A stretch of DNA of 64,000 nt from assembly GCA_012026655.1 (NCBI GenBank), contig JAAILG010000015.1, positions 1 through 64,000 on the forward strand, read 5' to 3'. This document shows, one piece after another, positions 34,712 through 47,550 of the stretch. The notes under the pieces were generated by a model. It was not told the origin of the DNA. It did no database searches and saw only the letters and a program-made list of their open reading frames with translations. This DNA comes from Hydrolagus affinis (lineage: Eukaryota). The stretch's first letter is position 1, and each line of letters begins with the position of its first letter. A program made the translations under genes and the position numbers.

Positions 34712-37700
34712 TAGCCTGTCATTAGTCTGTCAAAAGAAAAGTTTCACTTTGCAGTTCATACGTTAAAACGGAAGTGTTGCTCGAGGAATAGTCTTGAAGA
34801 CTATGGGGGAAGAGAACTAGAACTTGGGGATAAATTAAATACAAAGCAATCAAGAAAAGCAGTGACATTCACATCATCTCCCCTTGGTGCCCAAAATGTC
34901 CTTTTCTTACAAGACGTTTTGGCTGGTTTGTAAAGTGAGAAGTGCACAACAAATCGAATCGTTAGCTTGGCAAAGGTTTTTGTTTAAAATGCTGAATCTG
35001 TACCAGCATTGAGAGGCAATTTTGTAAAATAATGTGTTCTGGCAAACATTTGTTGTAGACAGAGTATTACAGATAAGTGGACATAAAAGGCAGTTGTATT
35101 TCATTCATGATTGTGACTGTCCTGGTACTAACGTAGAATCCCCCAATCCACATTCTGATTCCATTAAGGAAAGTAACCTCTCAGCTCTATACCCCACCTG
35201 AGACGGGAATGTGATATCAAGACATACTGTGATAGATATGTATCAAGAAAGGGCATCAGATTAGAACTAAAAACAGAACTAAATAAAGTAGATAGCCTTT
35301 TTTTAAAAAAACAAGAACAAAGGACTCCACATAAAACCTAAGCATGAACTAAAAAACTTAACTGGTGTCTTTTTTTGCTGTGTCAGGCTAGCCTCTGTCA
35401 CCTGATTAACTTCAACCAGAGCTGACAGGTTACAGTGCTCAGAATCTACCTTTCCTGGGATTTAGGAACTAAGCTTGATGCAGCAACAACAAAATTACAT
35501 TTGTATAGCGCCTTTCATGTCGAGAGGATGTCCCAAGGCATTGGAACGAACTCACACTGCCTCTGTCCTGCCGCCTCATAGGAAGCAGCCGTAAAGAAAA
35601 TGCATATTTTATTACCTTTCACAATCAAGTATGTATTTCACTTTCATTATTCACGTACCTTCTCGGCAGACCCGTCACTGAGACCCTGTCAGGCTGAATG
35701 ACGCACCATCTGATGACCCCTTTCGCATAGGAAGCCTGCGAAATGGGGTCAGGCTACAGGTGGGAGGGGTTACGGAGCTGCCTCTCTGTTGGGTGACCCA
35801 TGGTGGAAACCGTGACTGGGGTAGCGAGTGCCTCCGCTCTCAACCATAAAGCAAACGGATCATCTACCATGCAGCTGACCTTCTCTGTGATAAGACACTG
35901 CAGTCCTATCGGTCGGTGCCTGCCAGTACAACCGGTTGAGTAACGTACAACCACTTTAGGAGCTAGTACCAGTATTGTGAGGTTATTTTTAAAATTAGAA
36001 CAATGTGTTTGATATTGATATTGGTATTACAAATATAAAATGCAGTTGTATTTTATTCACTATTCATCGTGACATTCCTGGTACCAGGGTAGAATTTGAC
36101 CCCCCGCCGCTCTTTGAAGAAGAGCAACATCCTACTTCGCTCTCCTCTCTCCCCCGCCCCTCCCTCCCACTGGACTGAGAGTAAAATGTACTGGTAAATG
36201 CAACGCTTCCATGACTTGTGCTCTGGGAGGCTATCCTGTGTGAGAGGCACTATATAAATGGAAGTTGTTGTTGACCTGTCAGTCAAACACAACCCATATT
36301 CTAATTTAAACACTTTAAGCACAGCTAGCATTCAGGAGAAGCATATGTGGAATAAATCTGTAAAGGTGAAAGTGGGGTAATGCAGCACATCGAAGGCTTA
36401 AGCATGAATCATTGCCGAAAGCCTCAGCTGCCTTGTGGTGTGAGGAATGGAAATGAAACAGTACCTCAGGGCAACTCTTCATCTTCCTGAGATGCTGTAG
36501 GCCTGAAGCAGAATTTCTAGTTTATTTCCGCTTGCAACTTACTGCCCCCATCCCACCCCACATTGCTTAGGTTTCCGCACCATCTCTGTGAAACACAGAC
36601 ACGATCCTTTACGTGAAGGTACCATCCAATTGCAAGTTGTTCCCGAAATGTTAAAACCCAGAGCTCTTGGGATGTCCGCTGGTGGAAAGTCTGTAAATCT
36701 CCACAATTTCCAACCCAAATGCTGTTTGCACACCTAGTTTATTTGCAGATTGTAATGGTACCCTGGCATAAGAGATTTGACTGAATCTTGTACTGCTATT
36801 TATCTTGAAAACTATCTGTACAGTAATCAGGCAAGTACAGTGCCCTTTTTTTGTAACCAAATGTAACAACCACTTTACACTTGAAGTCCATACCCACAGA
36901 ATGTAGGATATTGTCCATAATTTTCGTACCTGGTCTGTTCTCTGGAAAAGCCCAGTTAAGTAACAGATTAAACCGAAGGAAATTGCAGCAGTTCTCAAAC
37001 AGGCAGTACTTTAGTGTTGTCTTTATTGAGGTCTGTATCATGGAAGGAAACACAAGGAAGTTCACTATCCTGCAGATCCTACCCTGGCATCAGATATTGA
37101 GCATGTTTGGGTTCATGTGTTCACTAAATATACTACTGGGACGGTGGGGTTAGACGGTTCTGTGCACACATTGCAGCAAACTCATTGATGTGGATTAAAC
37201 ACTGTTCTGCTCTGTTTGCTAAATATAGTACATTTGTTTCCTGTGTGTCTATAAATAGCTAATGTATTTTTAAGTTTAAAAAAGAAATTCTAAATGCACA
37301 ATTGTATGATAAATCTGCATTCACCACAGGACAAATTTCCTAAATTTACCCAAAAAAACAACAGTTTTAGCAGAAGCCGCATCAACCCTGAAGTAACCAG
37401 TGTCTCTATAAAAACAATGTTGATGGCATTTCATTTGAAGAATGACTCATTATCATTTCACCGCTAAATGTTTGTTCCAGGTTTGTTAAGGAAGTGCGGC
37501 ACTGCAAGATAGCAGCTCCCATTAAAGGTAACACAACTAAATTGATACACTGGGGAAATTTACTCATATGAATTGACTCTCGGGTAGCTTGCTTTGAACT
37601 GGACTAACCTTTAATAAAGTGTGCATTTGTCAGATCAATTATTAGCCACAAACCTGAGGTGCTGGCCACACGGACAGTGATTTAAGCATTGCCTGCATTT

Positions 37701-39031
37701 CACTTCAGTAGTTACAAGGCACCGAGTAAAAGTGCCACCAGACGATAGGAGGAACAGAGCACAGGCAAATAAATGTCAGTATTTATTGGGATCAATTTTT
37801 TTTATTATCTTGTTATTAGCAGTACAATTATATTAAAAGAAATCTGATTTGCACAACTAGAAAATTCACGCCCCGTCCTCCATAATAACAGTCCTCCCGT
37901 TTGATTTAATGCTGTCAAGCGAGAGCATATTCTCAAAGTGCTTCACTTGCAAAGGTTAAAGTGGAGTGACTGAATACATTTTGCGGTTAGATTTTGTTAG
38001 ATAAACATTCAAAATAAAATCTATACATGAGGCGGAAGCAAAGAGAAGAACATGAGAGGGACGGAAGAGTGGTTTGAGGCTCATAGGATAATAATTTTAC
38101 TACTCATAAATACCCTTGCATTTGATTTATTGCGTTATCAAGTCATTGAGACATCTCAAAGCGCTTCACAGGAGTAAAGTGGATTGACTATTGTCATTTT
38201 GTGGATGGTTCTGTCCTTGCTAGCCACCCATCACCACAAGAATTCACTATTTTGTGTTCCGACTTCAGCTGATGAGAGTTGACTGCTCTGTGGTGGGAGG
38301 CATTGGGGCTGGCACAGTACTCTGCACAATACTGGGCAGAATGATGCACAGGATGAGGTTACCTTGGTAATGAGATTTCAGGTCACAGTAAGGAGGAGGT
38401 GAAGCAGATGCTGTTACATATTGGACTGAAATATCTGGAAATAAATAAGATTTCGATTTAGTTTATTGACTCCTGCCCTGTATTGTGTTCTCTTTTACTT
38501 TGATGTTTCCCTGAATGAAAGTGAGTGATCAGTCAGCCTTGTTGGTGTTGGTGAAGATGTATATTCCATGCTATTCTTTAAAAACAAGCATTTTTCATAT
38601 TTTTTTTCAAAATAGCTCTGATCAGGTTTGGTGATTAGAGAGCAGTAAATCATCATTTTCTAGGTTAACACGGAACTTAGATTCCAGTTGTGTGTTAGGT
38701 TATGTGAGTCAGTTCATAATGTGGAGAATAGTGTGCATCTGGGAGTGTTCTACAGGTTTTTTTTGCACACTTGAGGAACTTTGATGGTAGCATAAACAAT
38801 TAGGTTGATGACGTATGGCCTCATTGGAACCTGCCGAATGTGTGAAATCTTTCAGCCCATTAACAGCCCATAATCTTTCAATGCCTCTCTCTTCTTTTAA
38901 TAAGTGAGCGCCCTTGTTCTGCCACCGGAATTTCTTTTTTAACCGTTAACCAGTAATTTTCCTATTAACGTCACTTTTTCTCTCATGTGTTTCACTGTCC
39001 TGCTCGACATTTTGCATCTGCGGGAGTTATA

Positions 39032-39120
39032 CAGTAGAAGCCCGTTTATCTGGCACCCACGGGACCTGACCAATGCCGGTTAAAGGCGCCTGCCGGATAT
39101 TCGGGCGGCCCGTGGCCGAA
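39032..39120 (+). mobile_element. Tigger/pogo-like DNA transposon end
   Basis: TA followed by CAGTAGAAGCCCGTTTATCTGGCAC, a Tigger-type TIR, with tgccgg subterminal motifs. No matching right TIR was found. Confidence 0.55.
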
Positions 39121-39278
39121 AACCCACCACAAAAAAATTAAAGTTCTTTTTACACACACCATACACACCAGACTAAGTAATGGCAGATAGTGACAGAATG
39201 TTGTGTTGATGCTTGTTGTTGGGGCTGCTCTCTTGCGACAATGTGGGTTATATATTATACATAATATTTATTATATAT

Positions 39279-39422
39279 ATAATAATAATAACTTGCATTT
39301 TATATAGCGCGAATGGGAGTAAGGAAACTTGCCCAAGGTTTCCTTATTGGAATGCCCTGCCTGGAATTGAACCCAAGGTCTCTTGCTTGCCAAACGAGTG
39401 CTCTAACCACTGAGCTCCAGGA
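39279..39422 (-). mobile_element. Internally deleted young SINE (tRNA head fused directly to terminal tail)
   Basis: Reverse strand: GAGCTCAGTGGTTAGAGCACTCG..GGGTTCAATTCC..AAACCTTGGGCAAGTTTCCTTACTCC, then directly GCGCTATATAAAATGCAAGTTATTATT. Confidence 0.8.
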
Positions 39423-39685
39423 TTATATAATATATAAAATATAAAGGCAGACAAAGCATGCTGCCCTCATACAATAAGATAATTCTGCCCTTGCAAATTA
39501 GCACCCATTGTTTGGAGGTCTTTGAGAGTGTTCAACAGGCTGAGGTATTATTGAAACACTCTGAGACGCCGTCCAGCGTGGAGGGAGCTATACAAATCAA
39601 AGTTGTTGTTGTTTTATTACATTAAATACCAGATTATGATGCCAGGAAATGAACACTGATGAATGTAGGATATTAGGACTCTGTA

Positions 39686-39795
39686 TAGAGTGACCAAACA
39701 GTGGTGATATCATTAGAATGTCTGATGAGTCTTTTATAAAAAAAAGATTTTTTTTTAGATAATAATATAGATATTGCAACTGTTTGGCCACCCTG
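39686..39795. mobile_element. Tc1/mariner-type MITE, 110 bp
   Basis: 26-bp TIRs: TAGAGTGACCAAACAGTGGTGATATC versus the reverse-complemented right end CAGGGTGGCCAAACAGTTGCAATATC (20/26 match). TA at both flanks (39684-85, 39796-97). Confidence 0.72.
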
Positions 39796-39989
39796 TATTA
39801 ACCTGTCTTCTCTATTTGTCTGCATTATTTGTATGGAAATACTGCATTGCACAGCTCGGATGCTTGAAAGGATTTCTGAGGTGATGTTGACGACAAGTAG
39901 ATCAGAAGATGCATTGAAATCTTCTCAGGAAAGCAGCAAATAGAAAGATGCAGAATGGAACAGCATCATGCTGGACCAATAGACTAAAT

Positions 39990-40018
39990 CTTGTTTTGTT
40001 TTTCTTCTCTCTTTTTAG
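39990..40018 (+). promoter_or_regulatory. LRRC4C: Splice acceptor (polypyrimidine tract + AG) of the LRRC4C coding exon; exon starts at 40019
   Basis: cttgttttgtttttcttctctctttttAG lies 50 nt upstream of the ATG. LRRC4C is known to have non-coding upstream exons and one coding exon. Confidence 0.88.
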
Positions 40019-40068
40019 ATTACAGCGATAAATTGAATTTAAGACAACAAACATCCAATAAATTATGA

Positions 40069-41991
40069 ATGTTGAACAAGATGACATTGCATCCACAGCA
40101 GATGATGATAGGTCCAAAGTTTAACAGGGCCATATTCGACCCCTTGTTTGTGCTGCTGTTGGCTCTTCAACTGCTGGTGGTGGCTGGTCTGGTCAGAGCT
40201 CAGACCTGCCCGTCTGTGTGTTCCTGTAGTAACCAGTTCAGCAAAGTGATCTGTACGCGACGTAATCTCCGAGAGGTGCCAGATAGCATCTCCATCAACA
40301 CGCGCTACCTGAACCTGCAAGAAAACGGGATCCAGGTCATCAAATCCGACAGCTTTAAGCATTTAAGGCACCTGGAGATTTTGCAGTTAAGTAAGAACCA
40401 CATCCGACAGATTGAGGTCGGGGCCTTCAACGGCCTGACAAACCTCAACACCCTGGAGCTGTTTGACAACCGCCTTTCCACCATCCCCAGTGGAGCTTTT
40501 GAATACCTATCGAAACTGAAAGAGCTGTGGTTGCGGAATAATCCAATTGAGAGCATACCCTCGTACGCTTTCAGTCGAGTCCCTTCGCTTAGAAGATTAG
40601 ATTTAGGCGAACTGAAAAGGCTGGAGTACATCTCGGACAGAGCCTTTGATAGCCTCTCCAACTTGAGGTATCTGAACCTGGGAATGTGCAACCTGCGCGA
40701 TATCCCGAGCCTCATGACTCTGCTGAAGCTGGAGGAGCTGGAGCTGTCGGGGAACCGTCTCTCCCAGATCCGGCCGGGCTCCTTCCAGGGCCTGACGAAC
40801 CTGCAGAAACTGTGGATGATGCATGCTCAGATTCAGGTGATTGAGAGGAATGCCTTCGACGACCTCCAGTCCCTAATCGAGCTGAACTTGGCGCACAATA
40901 ACCTGACTCTGCTGCCTCATGACCTCTTCACCCCACTCCACCACCTCGAGCGCGTCCACCTGCATCACAACCCGTGGAGTTGTAACTGTGATATCCTGTG
41001 GCTCAGCTGGTGGCTCAAAGAGATCGTGCCCTCCAACACAACCTGTTGTGCTCGCTGCCACACGCCCCCTAATTTAAAGGGCAGCTACATTGGGGAACTG
41101 GACCAGAATAAGTTCAACTGCTACGCACCGGTTATCGTCGAGGCCCCTACGGACCTCAATCTGACCGAAGGGATGGCCGCAGAGTTGAAGTGCCGGGCGT
41201 CCACCTCCATGACGTCGGTGAGTTGGATTACCCCGAACGGCACCATAATGACTCACGGAGCCTACAAAGTGCGGATCTCGGTGCTTAACGACGGCACATT
41301 AAATTTTACTAATGTGACGGTCCAGGACACGGGGCTGTACACGTGTTTGGTGAGTAACTCTGCAGGGAACACCACGGCTTCGGCCACGCTCAACGTGACG
41401 GCGACGGAGAACAGCACCTTCACCTACTTCACTACGGTCACCGTGGAGTCCATGGAGCCATCGATACAGGTACACACGAGCGACGACAAGTTCAGGCCCA
41501 CGCCGTTCAGCGACTGGGAAACGACCTTTGTGACCACTTCCCTGACTCCTCGGAGCACAAAGACGACAGAGAAGACGGCCACAGTGGCCATCACCGACGG
41601 GGGGGACAACATCATGCCCGGCCTGGATGAGGTGATGAAAACCACCAAGATCATAATCGGGTGTTTTGTAGCCATCACGCTGATGGCGGCTGTGATGTTG
41701 ATCATTTTTTACAAAATGCGCAAGCAACACCACCACCAGAATCACCACGCTCCCATCAGGACCATCGAGATCATCAACGTGGAGGAAGAGATCGCGCGAG
41801 GCACTGCCGTGGAGAGCCACCTGACGATGCCCGCCATAGAGCACGAGGATATGAACCATTATAACTCGTACAAAGCACCGTTCAACCATACCACCACAGT
41901 AAACACCATAAACTCAATACACAGCTCTGTGCATGAGCCATTATTGATGCGAGTGAACTCTAAGGACAATGTGCAAGAGACACAGATCTAA
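40069..41991 (+). CDS. LRRC4C: Leucine-rich repeat-containing protein 4C (netrin-G1 ligand, NGL-1); single coding exon, 640 aa
   Basis: Uninterrupted ORF. Long signal peptide [49 protein letters not shown] ([16 protein letters not shown]), LRR array, LRRCT (NPWSCNC...CCARC), one Ig domain (LKCRA...YTC), Thr-rich stalk, TM helix ([20 protein letters not shown]) and C-terminal PDZ-binding ETQI. The N-terminus and cytoplasmic tail match LRRC4C rather than LRRC4 or LRRC4B. Confidence 0.98.
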   Translation: MLNKMTLHPQQMMIGPKFNRAIFDPLFVLLLALQLLVVAGLVRAQTCPSVCSCSNQFSKVICTRRNLREVPDSISINTRYLNLQENGIQVIKSDSFKHLRHLEILQLSKNHIRQIEVGAFNGLTNLNTLELFDNRLSTIPSGAFEYLSKLKELWLRNNPIESIPSYAFSRVPSLRRLDLGELKRLEYISDRAFDSLSNLRYLNLGMCNLRDIPSLMTLLKLEELELSGNRLSQIRPGSFQGLTNLQKLWMMHAQIQVIERNAFDDLQSLIELNLAHNNLTLLPHDLFTPLHHLERVHLHHNPWSCNCDILWLSWWLKEIVPSNTTCCARCHTPPNLKGSYIGELDQNKFNCYAPVIVEAPTDLNLTEGMAAELKCRASTSMTSVSWITPNGTIMTHGAYKVRISVLNDGTLNFTNVTVQDTGLYTCLVSNSAGNTTASATLNVTATENSTFTYFTTVTVESMEPSIQVHTSDDKFRPTPFSDWETTFVTTSLTPRSTKTTEKTATVAITDGGDNIMPGLDEVMKTTKIIIGCFVAITLMAAVMLIIFYKMRKQHHHQNHHAPIRTIEIINVEEEIARGTAVESHLTMPAIEHEDMNHYNSYKAPFNHTTTVNTINSIHSSVHEPLLMRVNSKDNVQETQI

Positions 41992-42600
41992 CAAAACAAA
42001 AAACGGATTATATTAAAAAAAACACACAAAGAACACACAAATTTACAAATGACAAACAGGACAAGGCTGACTCTACTGTTTAAAAGAAGTGTCTTTAAAG
42101 AGGTTTATTTATTAAAAAATAATTCTATTGTGATCTAAAACAGAGACAATGATGTGTATTCTAAACACCAATTTGACATACAATGCTGCGCCCATTAATT
42201 TAGTCATCGCTATGTTTTTCATAAGAGATTTTGATTCTCTGAGGGATTGTTCAAATATTTTGTAAGGATTCTGTTTCACATGGGGTTTTTATGGTGAATT
42301 CTAGTGGTGAGATTCAGTCTGTTTTGTCTCATTCTGTTATTTCATAAGCTCTTACAACTGGTTATGACAGGGAATGCAGTATTAGAGGTAGATTTATATT
42401 AAATCTTTTATTTTCCATGTACCATCTTGTTCTATATTTACAAACCAAACCATTCTGTGAAGATTGCTTTACATGTAAAAAAAACATACAAAAAAAATCA
42501 CATACCCATGATCTTTTAAACAAGTCTAGACTCAGAATTTGTAGTTCAAATACTAAATAAGATTATAAATAAACTATTGTTGGTTTTCAGTACTTTCAAA
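41992..42600 (+). terminator. LRRC4C: LRRC4C 3'UTR with candidate polyadenylation signals
   Basis: ATTAAA at 42111-42116 within TTTATTTATTAAAAA. AATAAA at 42568-42573 followed by a GT-rich tract (tattgttggtttt). The actual cleavage site cannot be determined from sequence. Confidence 0.55.
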
Positions 42601-45600
42601 TATCTAAATTAATGATTCTGAAGTCAAAGTTCGACAACCTATTTGCAATTTTCTGTAACATATTAACCTGACTGCAAAGAGAACGAACAGTCAGGATTTT
42701 GATAGTGCAAATCTAATTTACTCAATACGGTAGCTGGTTTTCGGTTTTCATATTGTTATGAATAATGTGCCACGGCGTATGTTGATATGGCAGCTCTTTA
42801 TTCTGGTGCAACAACTGCTGTGTTCAAAAAGGGATATGCAAACAATTTTGTTTTCCTCTTAATGCTTACACAAAGTTTAATGCTGGATGCCCGATGCGGT
42901 GATGCTCTCCGCAGCTCAAAAGATCTCAACCGTTCAAACAAGACAAAGACACAAGACTTCTCTCCCAAGAAAATGTGCTCAACCTTACTACCGGTAGTTT
43001 AGTGACCCAATGTACGGCGTCAAAGGTGCTGCAATGTTAGAAGCACTGACCTTTGGATGTGATGTTAAGTCTTGTCATCTGCCCTGGTTTGCCAAAGGTG
43101 GCATTGTTCCCATCACAGGGAATAGGCGTTAACACAGTTTCCTGGATAATATTTCCCTAAGAATGCAAAAGGCAAGATTCCTTGTTTCTCCCAAGCGTCT
43201 TTAGGCAATCCTGATTAAATATCTTACTAGAAATATAATGACCCAAGCTCATTTTGTTAATCGGCGGGCGGATTAAAATCACCTAGCTCCAAGGAGGCAA
43301 AGCGGAATATACGTTTGAACAGAACCACATACAGTTTGTGTAAAGATGTATTTAAAGGGCAATGTTACCGCAGTCAGTTAGTATAAAATAAAGACCAGTT
43401 TTCCAATCTCTCTACCAGTTTTAAGGTTTAGTAAAAAAAAAATTAATGCTTTGAAAGAATGCATCAGAAGACATTCGGAATTAAATTGTCTCTTTCTCTG
43501 TGCCCTTTATTTTTTAAAAAAATCAGGAAATACATGAAGCTTTATGTTCCTTAGAATAATCATGCGAACAGGCCAAGACTTTTCCTGTTCAGAGGATGAA
43601 AAGCCAGCATGAGAGTTGAAGAAAATTTTGAGCAAGAGCTTTCCTCTTTATATTCTTCTGAGTGCACATGAAGCCAGTCCCAGTGATCATAACAGAGCAT
43701 TGCACCAGCAGAATGAACAGTGTGTTTATTGTGAACACTCGGAACTTTGAGAGTAAATTTACAGAGAATTCATGATGAATTGATCAATACGTTTAACCAA
43801 GAAAATGGTATGATAGCTTCATAAAACGGTTGGGTTCCTCAACCAATTAAGAAATCATACAGGGTGAACCACTTTTAAGTCCAGACACAGATATGATCCA
43901 GTACATTTTTGACATGAGAAATTCACGGAATCAATTGGCGTGTGGTTTCACAGTCCGATTGCATAGTTCCCATTTACTCCCAAATCGCAATGGGCTACAG
44001 GTGTCAGTTAGGACCATTCTGAACATATATTTTTTTAAAATTAAATGACTTCTTTAATCGACTGTGTGCTGATTCGTTTTATTTTGTGGGGGGGAGGATT
44101 GGTAAGAGTTGAAAGGTGGGACTCCAAAGGAATAGGATTTGGCTTTGTTACGAGTTCTGGCGGCAAAGCTTTAGATTGAGGAATGCAAACCAAGCTGAGG
44201 ATATCAGTGTTTTGTTATATCTGTACTCCCTAATCTGAAGATTCCATTCCGCAACCAAAATATTGTGCTCACCGCATCAGGATAGAAGGGCTCCTGATCT
44301 CACTCTCTTGCCATCCCTCCCCCCTCCCCCCACCCCTTTAAACTCTTTCCCATATTTCAAGAGAGATGGACAATCACTGGACCTCTGTGGAAGCAAAATG
44401 TCTCGCATTGGAGTGCAACAAAGAACACATCGTAAATTGAAAGGAGCGGGCACTCAGTAATATAAAGTACTAATTATGTGTGAGTGAAAGAGAAAGAATC
44501 CAGAGGAGATGTGCCAAGTATTCATCCCAGTGTCATGCATCATACTGTCAGACTTCCTCTTTGTCTTTGCAATGTTCTCCTTACAATTAAAGGTGCTATA
44601 TCGGTGGAAATTGTTGTTGTTGCTGAGGTTTGTGGCACAAGAAAGTAGTCGATTGATGTATGTAATAAACATGCGGTAAAGAGCTCACCAAATAGCTTTC
44701 CGGTATAACAACCAGTCATGAAGACGTCACAGTGCAAACACATGTTTAATAAAGTTGGTGATGTGCACACTACACGGTAGGATCTTATCGGGGGTAAGAA
44801 TGCCAAATGGGTCAATATCATCTGAAAGAGAGGATTGGTAAAACCCTAGAAGTGAATGGAGATACAGTACAAACAAAATGACGCTGAGAACGTACTGCCG
44901 TGATCGCAAGCTAAAAATCAATTGATGAACTGTGCTGGCTTCAGAGGTGCAGAAGAATGCATCAATAGGCAGGGTCTTAAACATTCTGAAAATTATTGGA
45001 AAAAGGGGTGTAAACTGAGAACCGTAACTGCTCCTTGAAAGAAATGTCCATGATTGTCCGAGGAACTCATCAACTCACCTTGCAGGTTGATGGAAATGTG
45101 ATGTGCAAACTAAAGTCGGAAGGATTATTATGGGTTTTTGTGCATTGCAAAAAACAGCCTCCTCTGCTTTGTCAGCAGCAGTGTATTCACAGTGCTTTCT
45201 TTGAACGGTTTGGGTAGAGCTAAAATCGGAACAAATGCCTCGGGGTTAATCTTGCCAAGTCAGTGGTCAATTCGTGTGAATATATATAAAAACAATCTGA
45301 GAATTCCCTGGACACCAATGACTATTTGGCATCAAAAGAAATGCTGACAGAAAATTACCATCGCTCTGTGACTGGACTCAACAATCAGTTATTCTCTTCA
45401 GTTTGTGCAGGGTACAGTATTTGCTTTTTTTTTCAGCAGGTGGGAATGAGGGAGTGGTGTGGCAGGTTCTATCTTACCATTTTTGACACAGTATAAAGTA
45501 GTAGATTGGTGCTGAAATCTTAAGGTTATCTATCTCCTCCTTTTATAGGTTTCTTTGGCGGGAAAAAAACCGCTGTGTGATAATAGTTTTAATAATTACA

Positions 45601-47344
45601 ACACTGTTCATTTATGGTGTAACGGCTGAGTCAACAGTGTTGCTTTGTTGTGTAGCAGTGAGTTGGCAGGTTTGACGTCACACCAACTCAAGAGTCTGTT
45701 GCTTGGGACACACAAGGCCAATATCAAACCATAAGGAACCACAAAGAGTATGTGGGTTGCCGATGAGGAAACAGCTCAATGTGATGCGAAAACAAATTGT
45801 GTCTCTACTTGAACCTATTCTCTGAATTTTTAGCAGGTATCAAATGAGGAGAAACTGCCATGCATAAATAAATGGCAAACCAGGTTCCTTGCAGCACGCA
45901 CCACTTGACGCTAGCAGTAACCCAATGACCAAGGCATCAGCCATTTTCCATTTCCCATCTGTGTTGGCTGCCATTTTGGATTTTCTGGGCTAATAAATAT
46001 CATGTCCGTTTCGAGGAAGAAGATATAAAACGTTACCCATGTGCGGTAGAGAGAGTCCTTCAGTATAAACTATTTATACTACTGCACGATTATGCTCAGT
46101 AACCAAGGATGGTTGATACAAACAAATAGAGCACACCACTCATTCACAACCGAGCAGAGCTTTCATTGTACTAAAAATAATAAATACCTTGAGAAAAGGT
46201 ACATCTACTCAACGTGCATCCCTGCACCATCATATCGAACCTTTTCGGGTTTTACAAAGCCTGCTGGACACATTTGCGCACATAGAGCGTGTTTGAGTGT
46301 AAATTAATCGGGCAGAGTTAAATAGTGATTCTGAAAAAAAACATGGTGCACAAAGTGGAATGTTAATCCATTCCCGACCAGCATTTCAATAGATTGTTTC
46401 CATCCCAGGTCAATGCTCCGGGCTACAATGCAAAATGGAAACTAATTCCCAGCATCGCACGCACCATGTCGCTTTACTCATGGCAAGTTTGCATCAGGAC
46501 ATGATAGTTCCAGTGTGATAGGAAAGTGGAGGCATCAAGCAACGACTAAATAAATGGAAGGGATGGCAAGATGAGCGGAGGGAGATCAGACCTAAACCTC
46601 CCTTGATTCCAGTTTGGGTGCAAACCCTTAACTGTCGAGTGCCTTAGGACATCCTTCCGATGTGAAAAGCACTAGACCTAAGTGTCACTTTTTTGTTGGT
46701 CTAAAATTGACCTCAATCATCGTGTAATACATTTGGTAGTTCCCAGAATACAAAATGATGTTGGGAATACCGGCAAATATATGGTTGTACAATGAATGGG
46801 CTAGGAAGTCCACAGAGATGAAAGGTTGTCTCACAGTAACGTTAATCTGTGGCCCAATTGTGACCTTGAAAGTCTTTAGCGGGAAAATGGGTGAAGTACC
46901 AATAAGGCAATGAATCTGGTAAGTGGCTGTCTATGTGATGTTAACTTTTACATTTTGATGGCAAAATCTATATTTTTAAAAATTTCAATTTGAGTGACCT
47001 ATGATTTTCTTTTTGGACATTATCTGCCTTCTCTGACTATACTATATTTTGTATTCTGAATGAATACAAAATGCTAATATGCAGCCTTTTTCTTTACACA
47101 GATGAAACAGAACTTCCTGGAGGTACAAGGAAATGCAAAGTAAACATGGATACCAGAATCCATGTTTCACATCCAACCCATTGAAGCATCAACTGAGGCT
47201 AGAGCCACTGAATTATAAATTACTACCTAAGGAGCTTAGAACTTTGAGTAAACAACAACAAAACTACATACGTATAGACCACAAAGTGCACAAGTTGGCT
47301 GTTTCTAAATATATTTCTTACGGATTCTTTAATAAAGAAAGTTG

Positions 47345-47550
47345 AAATAATAATCATTGCATTTGATTTCGCGCATTTCACGTTTTCTAGACGTCTTAAA
47401 GTGCTTCACAGAATATAGGAGTCAGGAGAATGTGGCATTACTGAGATAATAATAATCCTGTTGTTTGATATACAGTACTTATCATGTCATCTCAAAGTAC
47501 TGCACTGAATATATTGTAAAGTGGATTCATTGTATTTTGTGGGTGAAATG
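47345..47550 (-). mobile_element. Two tandem SINE tail fragments
   Basis: aataataatcattgcatttgat..cttcacagaatat (47346-47416) and ataataataatcctg..tattgtaaagtgga..ttgtgggtgaaa (47446-47548). Confidence 0.75.

Noticed and set aside
39722-39760. CTGATGAG + stem, hammerhead-like
   Set aside because: No GAAA after the stem; it is the AT-rich interior of a MITE.
41299-41889. 196-aa antisense ORF and other ORFs overlapping LRRC4C
   Set aside because: Shadow frames of a GC3-rich CDS, with no recognisable domain.
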